NCBI GenBank assembly: GCA_007376385.1
Contig: VMGC01000004.1
Location: forward strand, 64,001 to 128,000
From: Parcubacteria group bacterium Gr01-1014_8
Lineage (GTDB): Bacteria > Patescibacteriota > Minisyncoccia > Phycocordibacterales > UBA2100
DNA: 64,000 nt
Direction of reading: 5' to 3'
Numbering within the stretch: the stretch's first letter is position 1; each line of letters opens with the position of its first letter. Both the position numbers and the translations under genes were made by a program. The notes beneath the pieces were generated by a model. The model searched no databases and had not been told where the DNA came from. It saw only the letters and a program-made list of their open reading frames with translations. Below are positions 17,304-26,542 of the stretch, piece after piece.

Positions 17304-17906
17304 ATGTTGGTCGTCGATGTTGAAGCCTCGGGGACAGAGGCGCATACACACTCCATTGTGAGTGTTGGCGCACTGGACCTTTCAAACCCGACCAATCGTT
17401 TTTATGAAGAGTGCCGCGTATGGGACGGCGCGCACATCATGGATGAGGCGCTTGTCGTTAATGGTTTTACGCGAGAACAGATAATCGACCCAAAAAAGTT
17501 ATCGGAAGCAGACCTTGTCCATAAATTTCTGCATTGGAGTGAAGATTTGACTAACCGCACTCTAGCTGGACAGAACGTGTCATTCGACAGAGATTTCTTA
17601 AAATATGCATCGCAAAGGGCGGGGCATACGGATTGGCCATTCGCATATCGCACCATAGACACTCATACGCTCTGCTGGGCTCATATGGTGAATCGGGGAT
17701 TGAAACCGCCAATAGACCCGAAGCACCGGCGCTCTGCGCTCGATTTGGACGCTGTACTGAACTATTGCGGGATTCCGAACGAGCCAGAACCGCATAATGC
17801 TCTTACGGGAGCGTTGTCGCATGGAGAAGTAATCTCAAGATTGTTGTATGGAAGGAAATTACTGCCAGAATTCACGCAGTTCGATATTCCGTGGAAAAAA
17901 GTGTAG
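17304..17906 (+). CDS. DEDD-family 3'-5' exonuclease (DnaQ/RNase T-like)
   Basis: 'LVVDVEASG' (Exo I DxE), 'ADLVHKF...GQNVSFDRDFL' (Exo II) and 'HNALTGALS' (Exo III His). Confidence 0.6.
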   Translation: MLVVDVEASGTEAHTHSIVSVGALDLSNPTNRFYEECRVWDGAHIMDEALVVNGFTREQIIDPKKLSEADLVHKFLHWSEDLTNRTLAGQNVSFDRDFLKYASQRAGHTDWPFAYRTIDTHTLCWAHMVNRGLKPPIDPKHRRSALDLDAVLNYCGIPNEPEPHNALTGALSHGEVISRLLYGRKLLPEFTQFDIPWKKV

Positions 17907-17915
17907 AGGGTTTAT

Positions 17916-18512
17916 ATGACTGATAATGGAAACTTCGGCGGTCCAGATAAAAATCATACACCAGACGATACAAAACGAATGATTGAGGAGGCAGTCCGCA
18001 GAGCTCAAGAGCGACTGCAAAAGAATTTGCAGAGAACGGTGGATCAAGCTGGCGCAGACGTACGGAAGCAAGATGCAGAAGAGAAGGCTCGTACAGAAGA
18101 AACGCTAAAAGCACCCATTGAGGAGCGCGTTGCATATGCTGCAGGTGCCGTCATGAATTATTTTTATTTTACGATGGGTTTTCAACCGGACAAAGCAAAG
18201 AGGGCGCAGGATAGCGTGAGTCTTATTTCTGCAGCGATCACGACGGCACAGCGCGCGTCTGAAGATCTCTTCAAGACAAACCCGCAAGGATACAAAACGC
18301 CAGAGGAGCAAATTCAGCGCGTAACAGAGATGGAGGAGGTTATATCAAATACAGTTCTTAAATGGTACGAACGCGAGCGCGATACTCTTGTCGCAAGCGG
18401 TCACAAGCCGAAGGGGTATGCCAGTATGGAGGGGGCGTGGGCGACATTTGTAGAAGGCTATAGAGATTCCTTTAACACCTACGCGTTCCCGAAAACGAAG
18501 CCCTCGAAGTAG
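17916..18512 (+). CDS. Hypothetical soluble protein
   Basis: 198 aa, charged and coiled-coil-like, no recognisable motif. Confidence 0.4.
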   Translation: MTDNGNFGGPDKNHTPDDTKRMIEEAVRRAQERLQKNLQRTVDQAGADVRKQDAEEKARTEETLKAPIEERVAYAAGAVMNYFYFTMGFQPDKAKRAQDSVSLISAAITTAQRASEDLFKTNPQGYKTPEEQIQRVTEMEEVISNTVLKWYERERDTLVASGHKPKGYASMEGAWATFVEGYRDSFNTYAFPKTKPSK

Positions 18513-18551
18513 CTAGACTAGCCAGAAACTTGTGGCACACTGTGCCTATAT

Positions 18552-19301
18552 ATGTTTGAACTACTCGCAGGCGTTGTTGTACTCATCGTGGTCGCGGTTC
18601 TTGTTTTGCGCCAGGTAAACCAATACGAAGGGGGAGTGATGTTCACCATGGGCAAATTTGTCGGCGTAAAAGCGCCGGGCTGGAGAATTGTCGTCCCGAT
18701 ATTTCAGCAGATGAAGAAAGTGGACATGCGCGTGAAAGCCGTGGACGTGCCAGAACAAAAGGCGATAACGAAAGACAATATCGCAGTCGGAGTAAATGCA
18801 GTCATCTATTATCGCGTGATAGACGCCGCGAAAGCAATACTCGAAGTCGAGAATTTTATTTATGCGATGAGCCAGCTAGCGCAGACAACGATGCGAAATG
18901 CGGTTGGTGAAGTCGAACTCGACGACCTGCTTTCCCAACGCGACAAAATTTCAGAACGCATAAGCAATGTCGTGGATAGCGCGAGCGAGTTATGGGGCAT
19001 CAAAGTTTCGAACGTGGAGTTGAAAGATATTGCGCTCCCGGCCGATATGGAACGAACCATCGCAAAGCAAGCAGAGGCAGAACGTGAGAAGCGCGCCGTT
19101 ATCATCAAGGCAGAAGGGGAGGTAATGGCGGCAGAGAATATGGCAAAAGCAGCCACTATGCTGGCTGCGGCCCCTGGGGCATTGCATTTGCGAACGCTCC
19201 AGTCCATTAACGATATTTCATCTGACCAATCCAACACTGTTGTATTCGCAGTGCCGCTTGAAGTTTTGCGTGCGCTTGATGTGTTGGGCAAGAAATCATA
19301 A
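18552..19301 (+). CDS. SPFH/band-7 (stomatin/HflK-like) membrane protein
   Basis: N-terminal TM helix, then 'GWRIVVPIFQQMKKVDMRVKAVDVPEQKAITKDNIAVGVNAVIYYRV', the typical SPFH core, and a C-terminal Ala/Glu-rich coiled coil. Confidence 0.75.
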   Translation: MFELLAGVVVLIVVAVLVLRQVNQYEGGVMFTMGKFVGVKAPGWRIVVPIFQQMKKVDMRVKAVDVPEQKAITKDNIAVGVNAVIYYRVIDAAKAILEVENFIYAMSQLAQTTMRNAVGEVELDDLLSQRDKISERISNVVDSASELWGIKVSNVELKDIALPADMERTIAKQAEAEREKRAVIIKAEGEVMAAENMAKAATMLAAAPGALHLRTLQSINDISSDQSNTVVFAVPLEVLRALDVLGKKS

Positions 19302-19349
19302 GGGGGATAGGATCTATCCCAATAATGGCAATGTCGCACAATATATCTT

Positions 19350-20054
19350 TTGCGACACGTAGCCTGGGCAAACGGCTGCCCTGGGGTCTCCCCCGGGTTC
19401 CGGTATAATTTCGAGGTGACGTATGCCATACGTGTCAGAGACGTTCTTTCAACATCTGAACGTCGGATATTTTCCCGCCTCTCTTCCCCGCGGAAGCTTC
19501 AGGATTTCTTAGAATCTATTCCGATCAATTTTGAGCAAAAAGGAGAAACCAACCACTCCCCCGAAAACGTCCTAAAAACCGGGGAAGCCCATTGTTTTGA
19601 AGCGGCTGTATTTGCCGCCGCGGTACTTGCCTACCATGGCCGGAAGCCTCTCCTCATGGATTTTGCGACTGCATATGACGATGAAGACCATACAGTTGCC
19701 CTTTTTCGAGAAAGCGGCCTCTGGGGCGCGATCAGTAAGACAAACCATGCAGTACTACGCTACCGAGATGCTGTTTATAGGACTCCGCGCGAACTCGCAC
19801 TGTCTTATTTCCACGAATACTATATGTGGGATGGCAGAAAGTCTTTGCGCGCTTTTTCTAAGCCGTTTGACGTATCTCGCTATGCGCCTGAAAAATGGAT
19901 AACGACGGAAACGAGCCTAGACTGGCTCATGGATAGAATTTCCAAGTCTCCCTATTATGCGATGGCGCCGGAAAAAGCTCTTAAAAAGCTTCGACCTGCC
20001 TCGCCTATCGAACTTCGTGCGCTGAAACTGACAGAATGGAAAAAGAAAGTCTAG
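19350..20054 (+). CDS. Transglutaminase-like cysteine peptidase-fold protein
   Basis: 'GEAHCFEAAVFAAAVLAYHG' fits the transglutaminase-core Cys motif GxxxCxxFAxxF. Start codon uncertain. Confidence 0.4.
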   Translation: MRHVAWANGCPGVSPGFRYNFEVTYAIRVRDVLSTSERRIFSRLSSPRKLQDFLESIPINFEQKGETNHSPENVLKTGEAHCFEAAVFAAAVLAYHGRKPLLMDFATAYDDEDHTVALFRESGLWGAISKTNHAVLRYRDAVYRTPRELALSYFHEYYMWDGRKSLRAFSKPFDVSRYAPEKWITTETSLDWLMDRISKSPYYAMAPEKALKKLRPASPIELRALKLTEWKKKV

Positions 20055-21316
20055 AGATAATCCAATGGATTCAAATACCCTCCTACAGCTGAAACCGGAA
20101 TGGTTGCCTTCCCACATGGAGTATTCGTACCAAGCTGGCGTACCTGCACCGCGTCAGAAGCATATACGGTGAAGTGCAAGTGCGGGCCGGTCGCATATCC
20201 CGTATTGCCAGAGTACCCTATCGCCTGCCCGGTAGAAACGGATTGTCCTTGACTCACATTTATTTGCGACAGGTGCGCATAGAGCGTCGTAAGTCCGTTG
20301 CCATGTTTTATCAGCACCCATTTTCCATATGAGTAACAACCTCTTACAGCGTCAGAATTGCCAGTTCCGATAACGTCTCCCGAAAGAGCGGTTTTTACAG
20401 GCGTACCGATAGATGCACGAAAATCCACACCGTTGTGGCCTTTTCCGCTGTATGCTCCGCTGCGTGCGAAATCCGTATTTCCGAAGTTTTGCGTGATTGT
20501 CACGCTATCCAGGGGCCAGCGCAGGATTCCCTTCCCGGATGGTGGCAAAAGCTTCGGGTTCAGTGTGTATTGGAGTTTTGATTCCAGTTCGTTCAGAGAT
20601 TTCTCGAACGTTGCTTTGGCTGTACGTTTTGCTTCCAGAATTGCTTGGTAGTTTGCCTCTTGTGATTTTGTTTGCGCGAGAAGCGCGTTCTGCTCGCGTC
20701 TCGTCACGTCCAAGGATTCCTGTTGCGAGGCCAACGTCTCCTTCTGACTGACAAGTTGCTGACGTTTTTTGTCAGATTCATCACGCGATACAGTCAGTTC
20801 TTCCTTGGCTGCCATCATTGAATCAATATGTTCGTTCACGGCATCCTGGAACGAACGGTTGGTCTCCAAGTCGTCCCACAGAGCGGATATAGAGTCGCTC
20901 GTAAGCACTTGTTCAATAAGCGTCACGTTTTCTTGTTGATTCATGGACTGAATGGCCTGAGTCAAACCCTCTTCATCCCGATGTATCGCGGTCTCTTTAT
21001 CAACGATAGAACCGTCGAGCCGTTTGATCTCCAACTCTGTCGTAGCAATGTTTGCCTTAGTAACGTTTATCTTTGCGTTTAATTGTTTACGCTGAAGGTC
21101 AAGGATAGAGACTGTATTTTGCAGTGTTTGTTTCTTCGCACCGACTTCCTGCAGCTGCTTTTCAAAAGCGGCAATTTCTCTGTTGAGTTGTTGAATGTGC
21201 GAATTTTGCGAATTTATCTGGTTCTGCAATTGATCGGCCGTTTGAGCAGACAACACGAAAGGCGTACTGGCAAGTACCGCCAGTGCAAGCATGAAGATAC
21301 CGCCTCGTACGTGCAT
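20051..21316 (-). CDS. M23 family peptidase with N-terminal coiled coil (EnvC-like murein hydrolase/activator)
   Basis: Signal/TM, about 230 aa of Gln/Leu-rich coiled coil, and C-terminal 'GHNGVDF...YAHLSQ...GYSGNTGYATGPHLHF', the M23 HxxxD/HxH motifs. Confidence 0.75.
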   Translation of the reverse strand: MHVRGGIFMLALAVLASTPFVLSAQTADQLQNQINSQNSHIQQLNREIAAFEKQLQEVGAKKQTLQNTVSILDLQRKQLNAKINVTKANIATTELEIKRLDGSIVDKETAIHRDEEGLTQAIQSMNQQENVTLIEQVLTSDSISALWDDLETNRSFQDAVNEHIDSMMAAKEELTVSRDESDKKRQQLVSQKETLASQQESLDVTRREQNALLAQTKSQEANYQAILEAKRTAKATFEKSLNELESKLQYTLNPKLLPPSGKGILRWPLDSVTITQNFGNTDFARSGAYSGKGHNGVDFRASIGTPVKTALSGDVIGTGNSDAVRGCYSYGKWVLIKHGNGLTTLYAHLSQINVSQGQSVSTGQAIGYSGNTGYATGPHLHFTVYASDAVQVRQLGTNTPCGKATIPVSAVGGYLNPLDYL

Positions 21317-21318
21317 AA

Positions 21319-22650
21319 TTACGAAAGAGAAGCTATGGCTTTGCTGACGCGCCGCACTGTCTCATCCTTACCGAGGATCGAAGCAACAAGAAAAGGGTCC
21401 GGTGACTGTTCTTTGCCGGTAAGAGAGTATCGAAAAGGCCAAAGAACTGCTCCCCTTCCCTCTTTAGTGGCGTAGGGCCAAAGCGCATCTTTTATCGAGG
21501 ATACGTCGAATACATTCAACGCTTCAAGCAGAGTCTTGATATCCCTAAGATGCTCGGCAGTTTTTGCGGCGCTGATCTTCTTCATTGGAATGAGATGTGC
21601 CTCTACTGAGGGCTGAACGAAGAAATAGTCGTATTCGCCGTTCATTGATTGTTCGTGAATGTCGCTCCATACAGAAATTCGCTCGCGAACAAGCGGAATG
21701 ATCTTTTTTGCAATGGATTCGTTCCAGTTCAAATGCGTAAGTGAATTTTCAAGCCACGACAGAGCCTCTGATGCGAACGCACTATCTGATAGTTTCAACA
21801 TATATTCGCGATTGAACCATCGCAATTTCTCAACATCGAAGACTGCTCCGCTTTTGTGCAGATCTGATAGTTCGAATTCCTGTACCATCTCATCGAGCGA
21901 CAATACTTCCCTTCCTGACGGCGCAGTCCACCCCAGCGTCGCTAGGTAGTTCAAGAGCGCTTGGGGCAGATATCCCTTTTCCCTGTAATTCTTTACAGCA
22001 ACGTCGCCCTTTCGCTTGGATAATTTTGCCCGGTCGAGGCTCAGGTGCAGAGGATAATGGGCGTACATGGGTCTTTTCGCGCCGAGTGCTTCTTGAATGA
22101 GAATTTGACGCGGCGTATTAGATATATGGTCCTCCCCTCTGATAACGTGCGTAATTCCCATAGCCGCATCGTCAACCACGACGGCAAGATGATACAGCGG
22201 GTCGTCCTTGGAGCGAGCGATGACAAAGTCTTTAAGCTCCGTTGTGTCAAACGATATATCGCCGCGTATGACATCAGTAAACGTGATAGTTTTGCCGGAA
22301 TTCCGCAATCGAATAACGCTCACCATTGTACCGGGGTCCTTCTTACTCTCTTCGTCCGATACGTATGCTTTATCTTCATCAATAAGTTTTTCTATTTCAG
22401 CGCGATACACGTCGATCCTCTCGGATTGTCTATGAAATTCGTCCCATGAAAGCCCAAGCCACGTGAGCGAATCTTTGATGTCATCCTCGAATTCTCGGGT
22501 ACTTCGTTCTTTGTCCGTATCCTCTGAGCGAAAAATGATGGTGCCATTGTTTTTTCGCGCAAACAAATAATTCACGATGGCCATACGCGCAGTACCTACG
22601 TGGCAGAACCCGGTCGGGCTCGGCGGAAATCTAACCCGCACGGAATTCAT
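21319..22650 (-). CDS. gltX: Glutamyl-tRNA synthetase
   Basis: 'VRVRFPPSPTGFCHVGTAR' (HIGH) and 'KLSKRKG' (KMSKS). Confidence 0.85.
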   Translation of the reverse strand: MNSVRVRFPPSPTGFCHVGTARMAIVNYLFARKNNGTIIFRSEDTDKERSTREFEDDIKDSLTWLGLSWDEFHRQSERIDVYRAEIEKLIDEDKAYVSDEESKKDPGTMVSVIRLRNSGKTITFTDVIRGDISFDTTELKDFVIARSKDDPLYHLAVVVDDAAMGITHVIRGEDHISNTPRQILIQEALGAKRPMYAHYPLHLSLDRAKLSKRKGDVAVKNYREKGYLPQALLNYLATLGWTAPSGREVLSLDEMVQEFELSDLHKSGAVFDVEKLRWFNREYMLKLSDSAFASEALSWLENSLTHLNWNESIAKKIIPLVRERISVWSDIHEQSMNGEYDYFFVQPSVEAHLIPMKKISAAKTAEHLRDIKTLLEALNVFDVSSIKDALWPYATKEGRGAVLWPFRYSLTGKEQSPDPFLVASILGKDETVRRVSKAIASLS

Positions 22651-22754
22651 ACCCCGTGAGAGAGATTACGCGAGCTTATGCAACAAACTCTCGGGATATT
22701 GAATTGAATGAATAGTATTGTCATATCTATTATTTTTTCTCTCATGGGGTCATA
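22649..22754. repeat. Intercistronic palindromic element, copy D: arms ATACCCCGTGAGAGAGA / TCTCTCATGGGGTCAT lie exactly between the murG stop and the gltX start
   Basis: Left arm 22649-22665 overlaps the gltX ATG. Right arm 22737-22754 overlaps the murG stop. Same terminal consensus as copies A, B and C. Confidence 0.55.
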
Positions 22755-23889
22755 GCGGCTCGTGGGAGAGCGCGGTCTCGAGAAGAATGGTCGCAAGCTT
22801 CCCTCCCGCATCGGGTCGTGCAAATTGTGCGGCCGCGGCGGACATCTTCGCCCGAGTCATCTCATCGTTCATTACTCTGTCTATTTCTGCAGCAAGGAGA
22901 TGCGGCGTCAAATTCTTTTGATCAACGACAACAGATGCTCCCGTTCTTGCATATGAGAACGCATTCTCCGTCTGATCATTTGAGATCTCCTTTGGGAGAG
23001 GAATAATGATGCTCGGCAATTTCCACGATGCTATTTCAAAAATGGTGCCGGACCCCGCTCGGGCAACAACGAGCGATGCAATTCCCGCTGTCATTCGCAG
23101 AGCAAGCGTGTTTAGCAGTCCGAATGTACGGTAGCGTTCTTTGTACGGCGAATCTTTGAGGATGACGTTAGCTATCCCATTCAATTCTTCAAGATTAGAT
23201 TTTCCGGTTTGGTGAACGACATTATATTTAGAGAGCAAGTCGGGGAGAGCGTTGAGTACGGCCTCATTTATTGCCTGTGCTCCCTGCGAGCCTCCCATGA
23301 TAAAGACTGTCGCTCGCGGCTGAAGTTTGAGAAATTCATATCCGCCCTCTTTCGTCGGATTCTCTATCTCTTTTCGTATCGGGTGTCCAATGAGAGCAAT
23401 GCGCGACTTCACTTTCGATGAATATTGCGCAACAGCTTCTGGATGAGCAACGGCGACCCATTTGGCGAATTTCGATGACCACAACGAGACTCGTCCGGGC
23501 TTTGCGTCTGCGTCGTATATGACAACCGGAATGTTTAAGGTGCGCGCTGCGTAGAGAGTCGGAAACGCCGCGTAACCGCCGGTAGAAAAGACGACATCAG
23601 GATAGATTGAAAATAATTGGAAAATTGATTTGATTATGCCGACGAACGTCTTGAAAACGTCAAACACGTTAAGAATGCTCGGATATGTGCGCAACTTTCC
23701 TGCAGGCGAAGGCCGATAGGAAATATCATGCTCGACAAGCGCTGCGTCATCAAACGCAGGCGGACCAATGTAGAAAAATTCAGGCGAAACAAGCCGCCGC
23801 GCATCCACGAGATCCTCAATGTGCTCCGCAACTGCAATGAGGGGATAAAAATGTCCGCCAGAGCCCCCTCCCGTGAAGACGATGCGCAT
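22750..23889 (-). CDS. murG: UDP-GlcNAc:lipid I N-acetylglucosaminyltransferase
   Basis: 'MRIVFTGGGSGGHFYPLIAVAE' and the C-terminal 'GGSQGA' glycosyltransferase-28 motifs. Confidence 0.85.
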   Translation of the reverse strand: MRIVFTGGGSGGHFYPLIAVAEHIEDLVDARRLVSPEFFYIGPPAFDDAALVEHDISYRPSPAGKLRTYPSILNVFDVFKTFVGIIKSIFQLFSIYPDVVFSTGGYAAFPTLYAARTLNIPVVIYDADAKPGRVSLWSSKFAKWVAVAHPEAVAQYSSKVKSRIALIGHPIRKEIENPTKEGGYEFLKLQPRATVFIMGGSQGAQAINEAVLNALPDLLSKYNVVHQTGKSNLEELNGIANVILKDSPYKERYRTFGLLNTLALRMTAGIASLVVARAGSGTIFEIASWKLPSIIIPLPKEISNDQTENAFSYARTGASVVVDQKNLTPHLLAAEIDRVMNDEMTRAKMSAAAAQFARPDAGGKLATILLETALSHEPL

Positions 23890-23928
23890 AGTGGCTTAAA
23901 GTTTACCACGTTCCTCTCTCCTGAGGAC

Positions 23929-25023
23929 TTATTTCTTTGGCCTATATCTGGATATACCGAGCAAAATGCCGGCACTGCCCAGAGAGACAAGCATGGCAGA
24001 ACCACCCTGACTTATAAACGTCAACGGAATCCCGGTTAACGGGGCAAGACCAAGCATTGAACCAATATTTATAAATGCCTCGCTGACGAAATATGTTGAA
24101 ATGCCGACGGCAGCAAGCGCTCCGAAATAATCAGGCGCACGAGCAGCTACCGCAAAACCGCGCAGGGCGAGTAGTAAAAATACTCCTATGATGGCGCTTC
24201 CGCCGATAAAACCGATCTCCTCGGCCGCAACAGCAAATATTGAATCCCCCATCGGTTCAGGCAGATACGTAAATTTCTGAACGCTCTGGCCAAATCCGCG
24301 TCCAAAGACGCCGCCCGAACCTATCGCAATGAGGGACTGTTTTATTTGATAGCCTTCCGCGAGAGGATTTTCAGCGGGATTAATGAATGTCGTAACCCTA
24401 TCGAGCATGTACGGTCTTAGGTATGCAAGGCCCCCGAGCATGATGACGCCGATTGCGCCGATAATCGCGATATCACGTAATCGTGCGCCTGCCGCTACAT
24501 ATACTGCAAGTGCAGCGATACAGATGACGCCGAGCGTGCCTATATCGGGCTGTATGACAAGCAATAGAGTCGGCGGCGCAAGTATCGCCGCAAACGCGGC
24601 AAGACCTCGCCATGAACCGCTCTCCCCTCTCAATGTCGAGAAGTAGGAAGCAACCATAAGAATAGTCGCAATTTTAAGCGCTTCCGAAGGTTGAAACGTG
24701 AAGCCGAGTATCTCAATCCACCGTCTCCCGCCGCCGTGCATAAAGCCGACGTGCGGCACGAAAACGAGTGCCGTCAGCAACAGCGCACATCCATACAGAT
24801 ATGGCGCCCATACCCGCCATCTGCGATATTCAATGAACGTGGTAGCCGCGAGCGCTGCGAGACCAAGACTCACCCCAAGAACTAAGTGGTTAAAAACGAC
24901 TGACGAAATGTGCGATGCTCCGCGTGCGAGAAGACCGAACGCCGCTGATATGAATACGCCAGCGCCGCCGACTACGAGTACAGCAATAATACTAGCGAGA
25001 GGTTTGTCGATATGTGCTTTCAT
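23929..25023 (-). CDS. ftsW: SEDS-family peptidoglycan glycosyltransferase (FtsW/RodA)
   Basis: Start at 'MKAHIDKPLASIIAVLVV' (rc ATG 25021-25023). About 10 TM helices and '...GSGGVFGRGFGQS...PEPMGDSIFA', conserved in FtsW/RodA. Confidence 0.8.
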   Translation of the reverse strand: MKAHIDKPLASIIAVLVVGGAGVFISAAFGLLARGASHISSVVFNHLVLGVSLGLAALAATTFIEYRRWRVWAPYLYGCALLLTALVFVPHVGFMHGGGRRWIEILGFTFQPSEALKIATILMVASYFSTLRGESGSWRGLAAFAAILAPPTLLLVIQPDIGTLGVICIAALAVYVAAGARLRDIAIIGAIGVIMLGGLAYLRPYMLDRVTTFINPAENPLAEGYQIKQSLIAIGSGGVFGRGFGQSVQKFTYLPEPMGDSIFAVAAEEIGFIGGSAIIGVFLLLALRGFAVAARAPDYFGALAAVGISTYFVSEAFINIGSMLGLAPLTGIPLTFISQGGSAMLVSLGSAGILLGISRYRPKK

Positions 25024-25024
25024 G

Positions 25025-26533
25025 TCATCCGAGTGATTTTCGATACTTTGCCGCTGCAAGAGCATCGTCAGCGAATTCACTATTACCTTTCCAGAGATGG
25101 TAGATGTTCGATGTGTGGTTTCGATGCAGGAAATGCCGCTGCTTCTCCGGGCCAAGATCTTTTTCCACATACTCTTCAATGAGGGAAATATCTTCCGCGA
25201 GTACATTAAATCGAGCATCTCCGCCCATAAGCAGTTCTAAGTTTTCCTTATTCAAAAACTTACCCGCGTGGACGAGGTCCTTTTTAAGATTTACATACAA
25301 CCGCTCTAATAAGTTCATGATGCCCATCTCACGAGCGATCTTTAGCGCTCTTCCCGTAGCTATCAGCTCTGGCGGAATACCAAGGGAATAGAATGCGCCG
25401 GTGAATTTAATGGCTCTCGGCAGTTGAATCCCGCCAACACCGCGTGAATATCCGAAGAGTCCGATGTGCTGCGCCCTCTCACGATGACTCGGCAGTGCAG
25501 ACGCTACATCGTTTATGACATCCGCAAGCGGCGTTATTGTGTCAGTAAAAAAACGAGCTGCCCGAGCATTGAACAGAGAGATTTTTTCGCTGTCCTTCTC
25601 GTTCACTTTTTCATACCTGTCGATATTCTTAGGGATTTCTTTGTTGAGTTTTCGTATGGCTTTTTTCACGTCATCCAGCGGGTAATCCGAGCGAAAGGCT
25701 GATTGGATCGTCAACGACTGGGCACCTGTATACTGCTCTATGGTTTCGTCAACATATTCCGGGTTTATCCCTCCTCTGAACGGTAAGCTGCCGCCGCCAA
25801 CCCACGGATACATGCGTATACCTCGTTTTTCTCCTAGCTCATGTGAATCTGCAATAAGTTTCTTGACTGCGAGCACGGTCGGCAAAAGCCCCGCGTTCAT
25901 TGCCGGATCGGAGCGCGCTATAAAGACGCGAAAGTACTCTGGGACAAGAGCATGAGTGTCTCGCAGATAATCGAGATAATCACTCATGATGCGGGGAGCC
26001 TCTTCCATGGTCTCAACGCTTTCAAATAGCGGTATAACGTCGAGAAATTTGAATTCGCTTGGCATATCAAAAATACTTTCTGCAGCTTCCGCTATTCTAT
26101 GGAATCGCTCCTGCATCTGTTTGAGTTGCTCTGCAGAAGTCGTCATGGGCAAGATGAGTTCAAATATCGGAGGAATATGGAAACCGTATTGCCTCGCGGC
26201 ATGTTCGGCCGCAAATACGTTGATAAGGCTCCGCGGAAGCCGGTGTGTTTTCTCGACCCAAACATTTGGAATGCGAAACGTGAGAAATATGTTCTTGCCA
26301 ATTTGATGTTTCTTGAAATAGTCAAAATAGTTTTGGTACAGCCGGTCAATAACCGCCTCATCAACCAACTTTCCTTCCCAATCCCACATGTACTCGTGCA
26401 CTCCGAGCTCGGAAAAACATCGGTAGCATTCATCAATTTCCTCACTTGACGCAACAAACCGCTTCCCCGTAAAGGGTGACGGGCATGCGTTATCAGGATG
26501 CTGGGTGGCCATCGTGACGGGGATAGTGCGCAT
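25025..26533 (-). CDS. Archaeal-type phosphoenolpyruvate carboxylase (PEPC type 2)
   Basis: 'IPVTMATQHPDN' N-terminal hallmark of the archaeal-type PEPC family, about 500 aa. It is coupled to flanking mraY and ftsW with 9-nt and 1-nt gaps. Confidence 0.65.
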   Translation of the reverse strand: MRTIPVTMATQHPDNACPSPFTGKRFVASSEEIDECYRCFSELGVHEYMWDWEGKLVDEAVIDRLYQNYFDYFKKHQIGKNIFLTFRIPNVWVEKTHRLPRSLINVFAAEHAARQYGFHIPPIFELILPMTTSAEQLKQMQERFHRIAEAAESIFDMPSEFKFLDVIPLFESVETMEEAPRIMSDYLDYLRDTHALVPEYFRVFIARSDPAMNAGLLPTVLAVKKLIADSHELGEKRGIRMYPWVGGGSLPFRGGINPEYVDETIEQYTGAQSLTIQSAFRSDYPLDDVKKAIRKLNKEIPKNIDRYEKVNEKDSEKISLFNARAARFFTDTITPLADVINDVASALPSHRERAQHIGLFGYSRGVGGIQLPRAIKFTGAFYSLGIPPELIATGRALKIAREMGIMNLLERLYVNLKKDLVHAGKFLNKENLELLMGGDARFNVLAEDISLIEEYVEKDLGPEKQRHFLHRNHTSNIYHLWKGNSEFADDALAAAKYRKSLG

Positions 26534-26542
26534 ACAGATCGT

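Noticed and set aside
17285-17323. Short out-of-frame ORF (MGYTYRHVGRRC*) overlapping the start of the DnaQ-like exonuclease gene
   Set aside because: Only 12 codons and in a different frame. It does not show the ATGA stop-start overlap seen at leuS and rplI, so I treated it as incidental.
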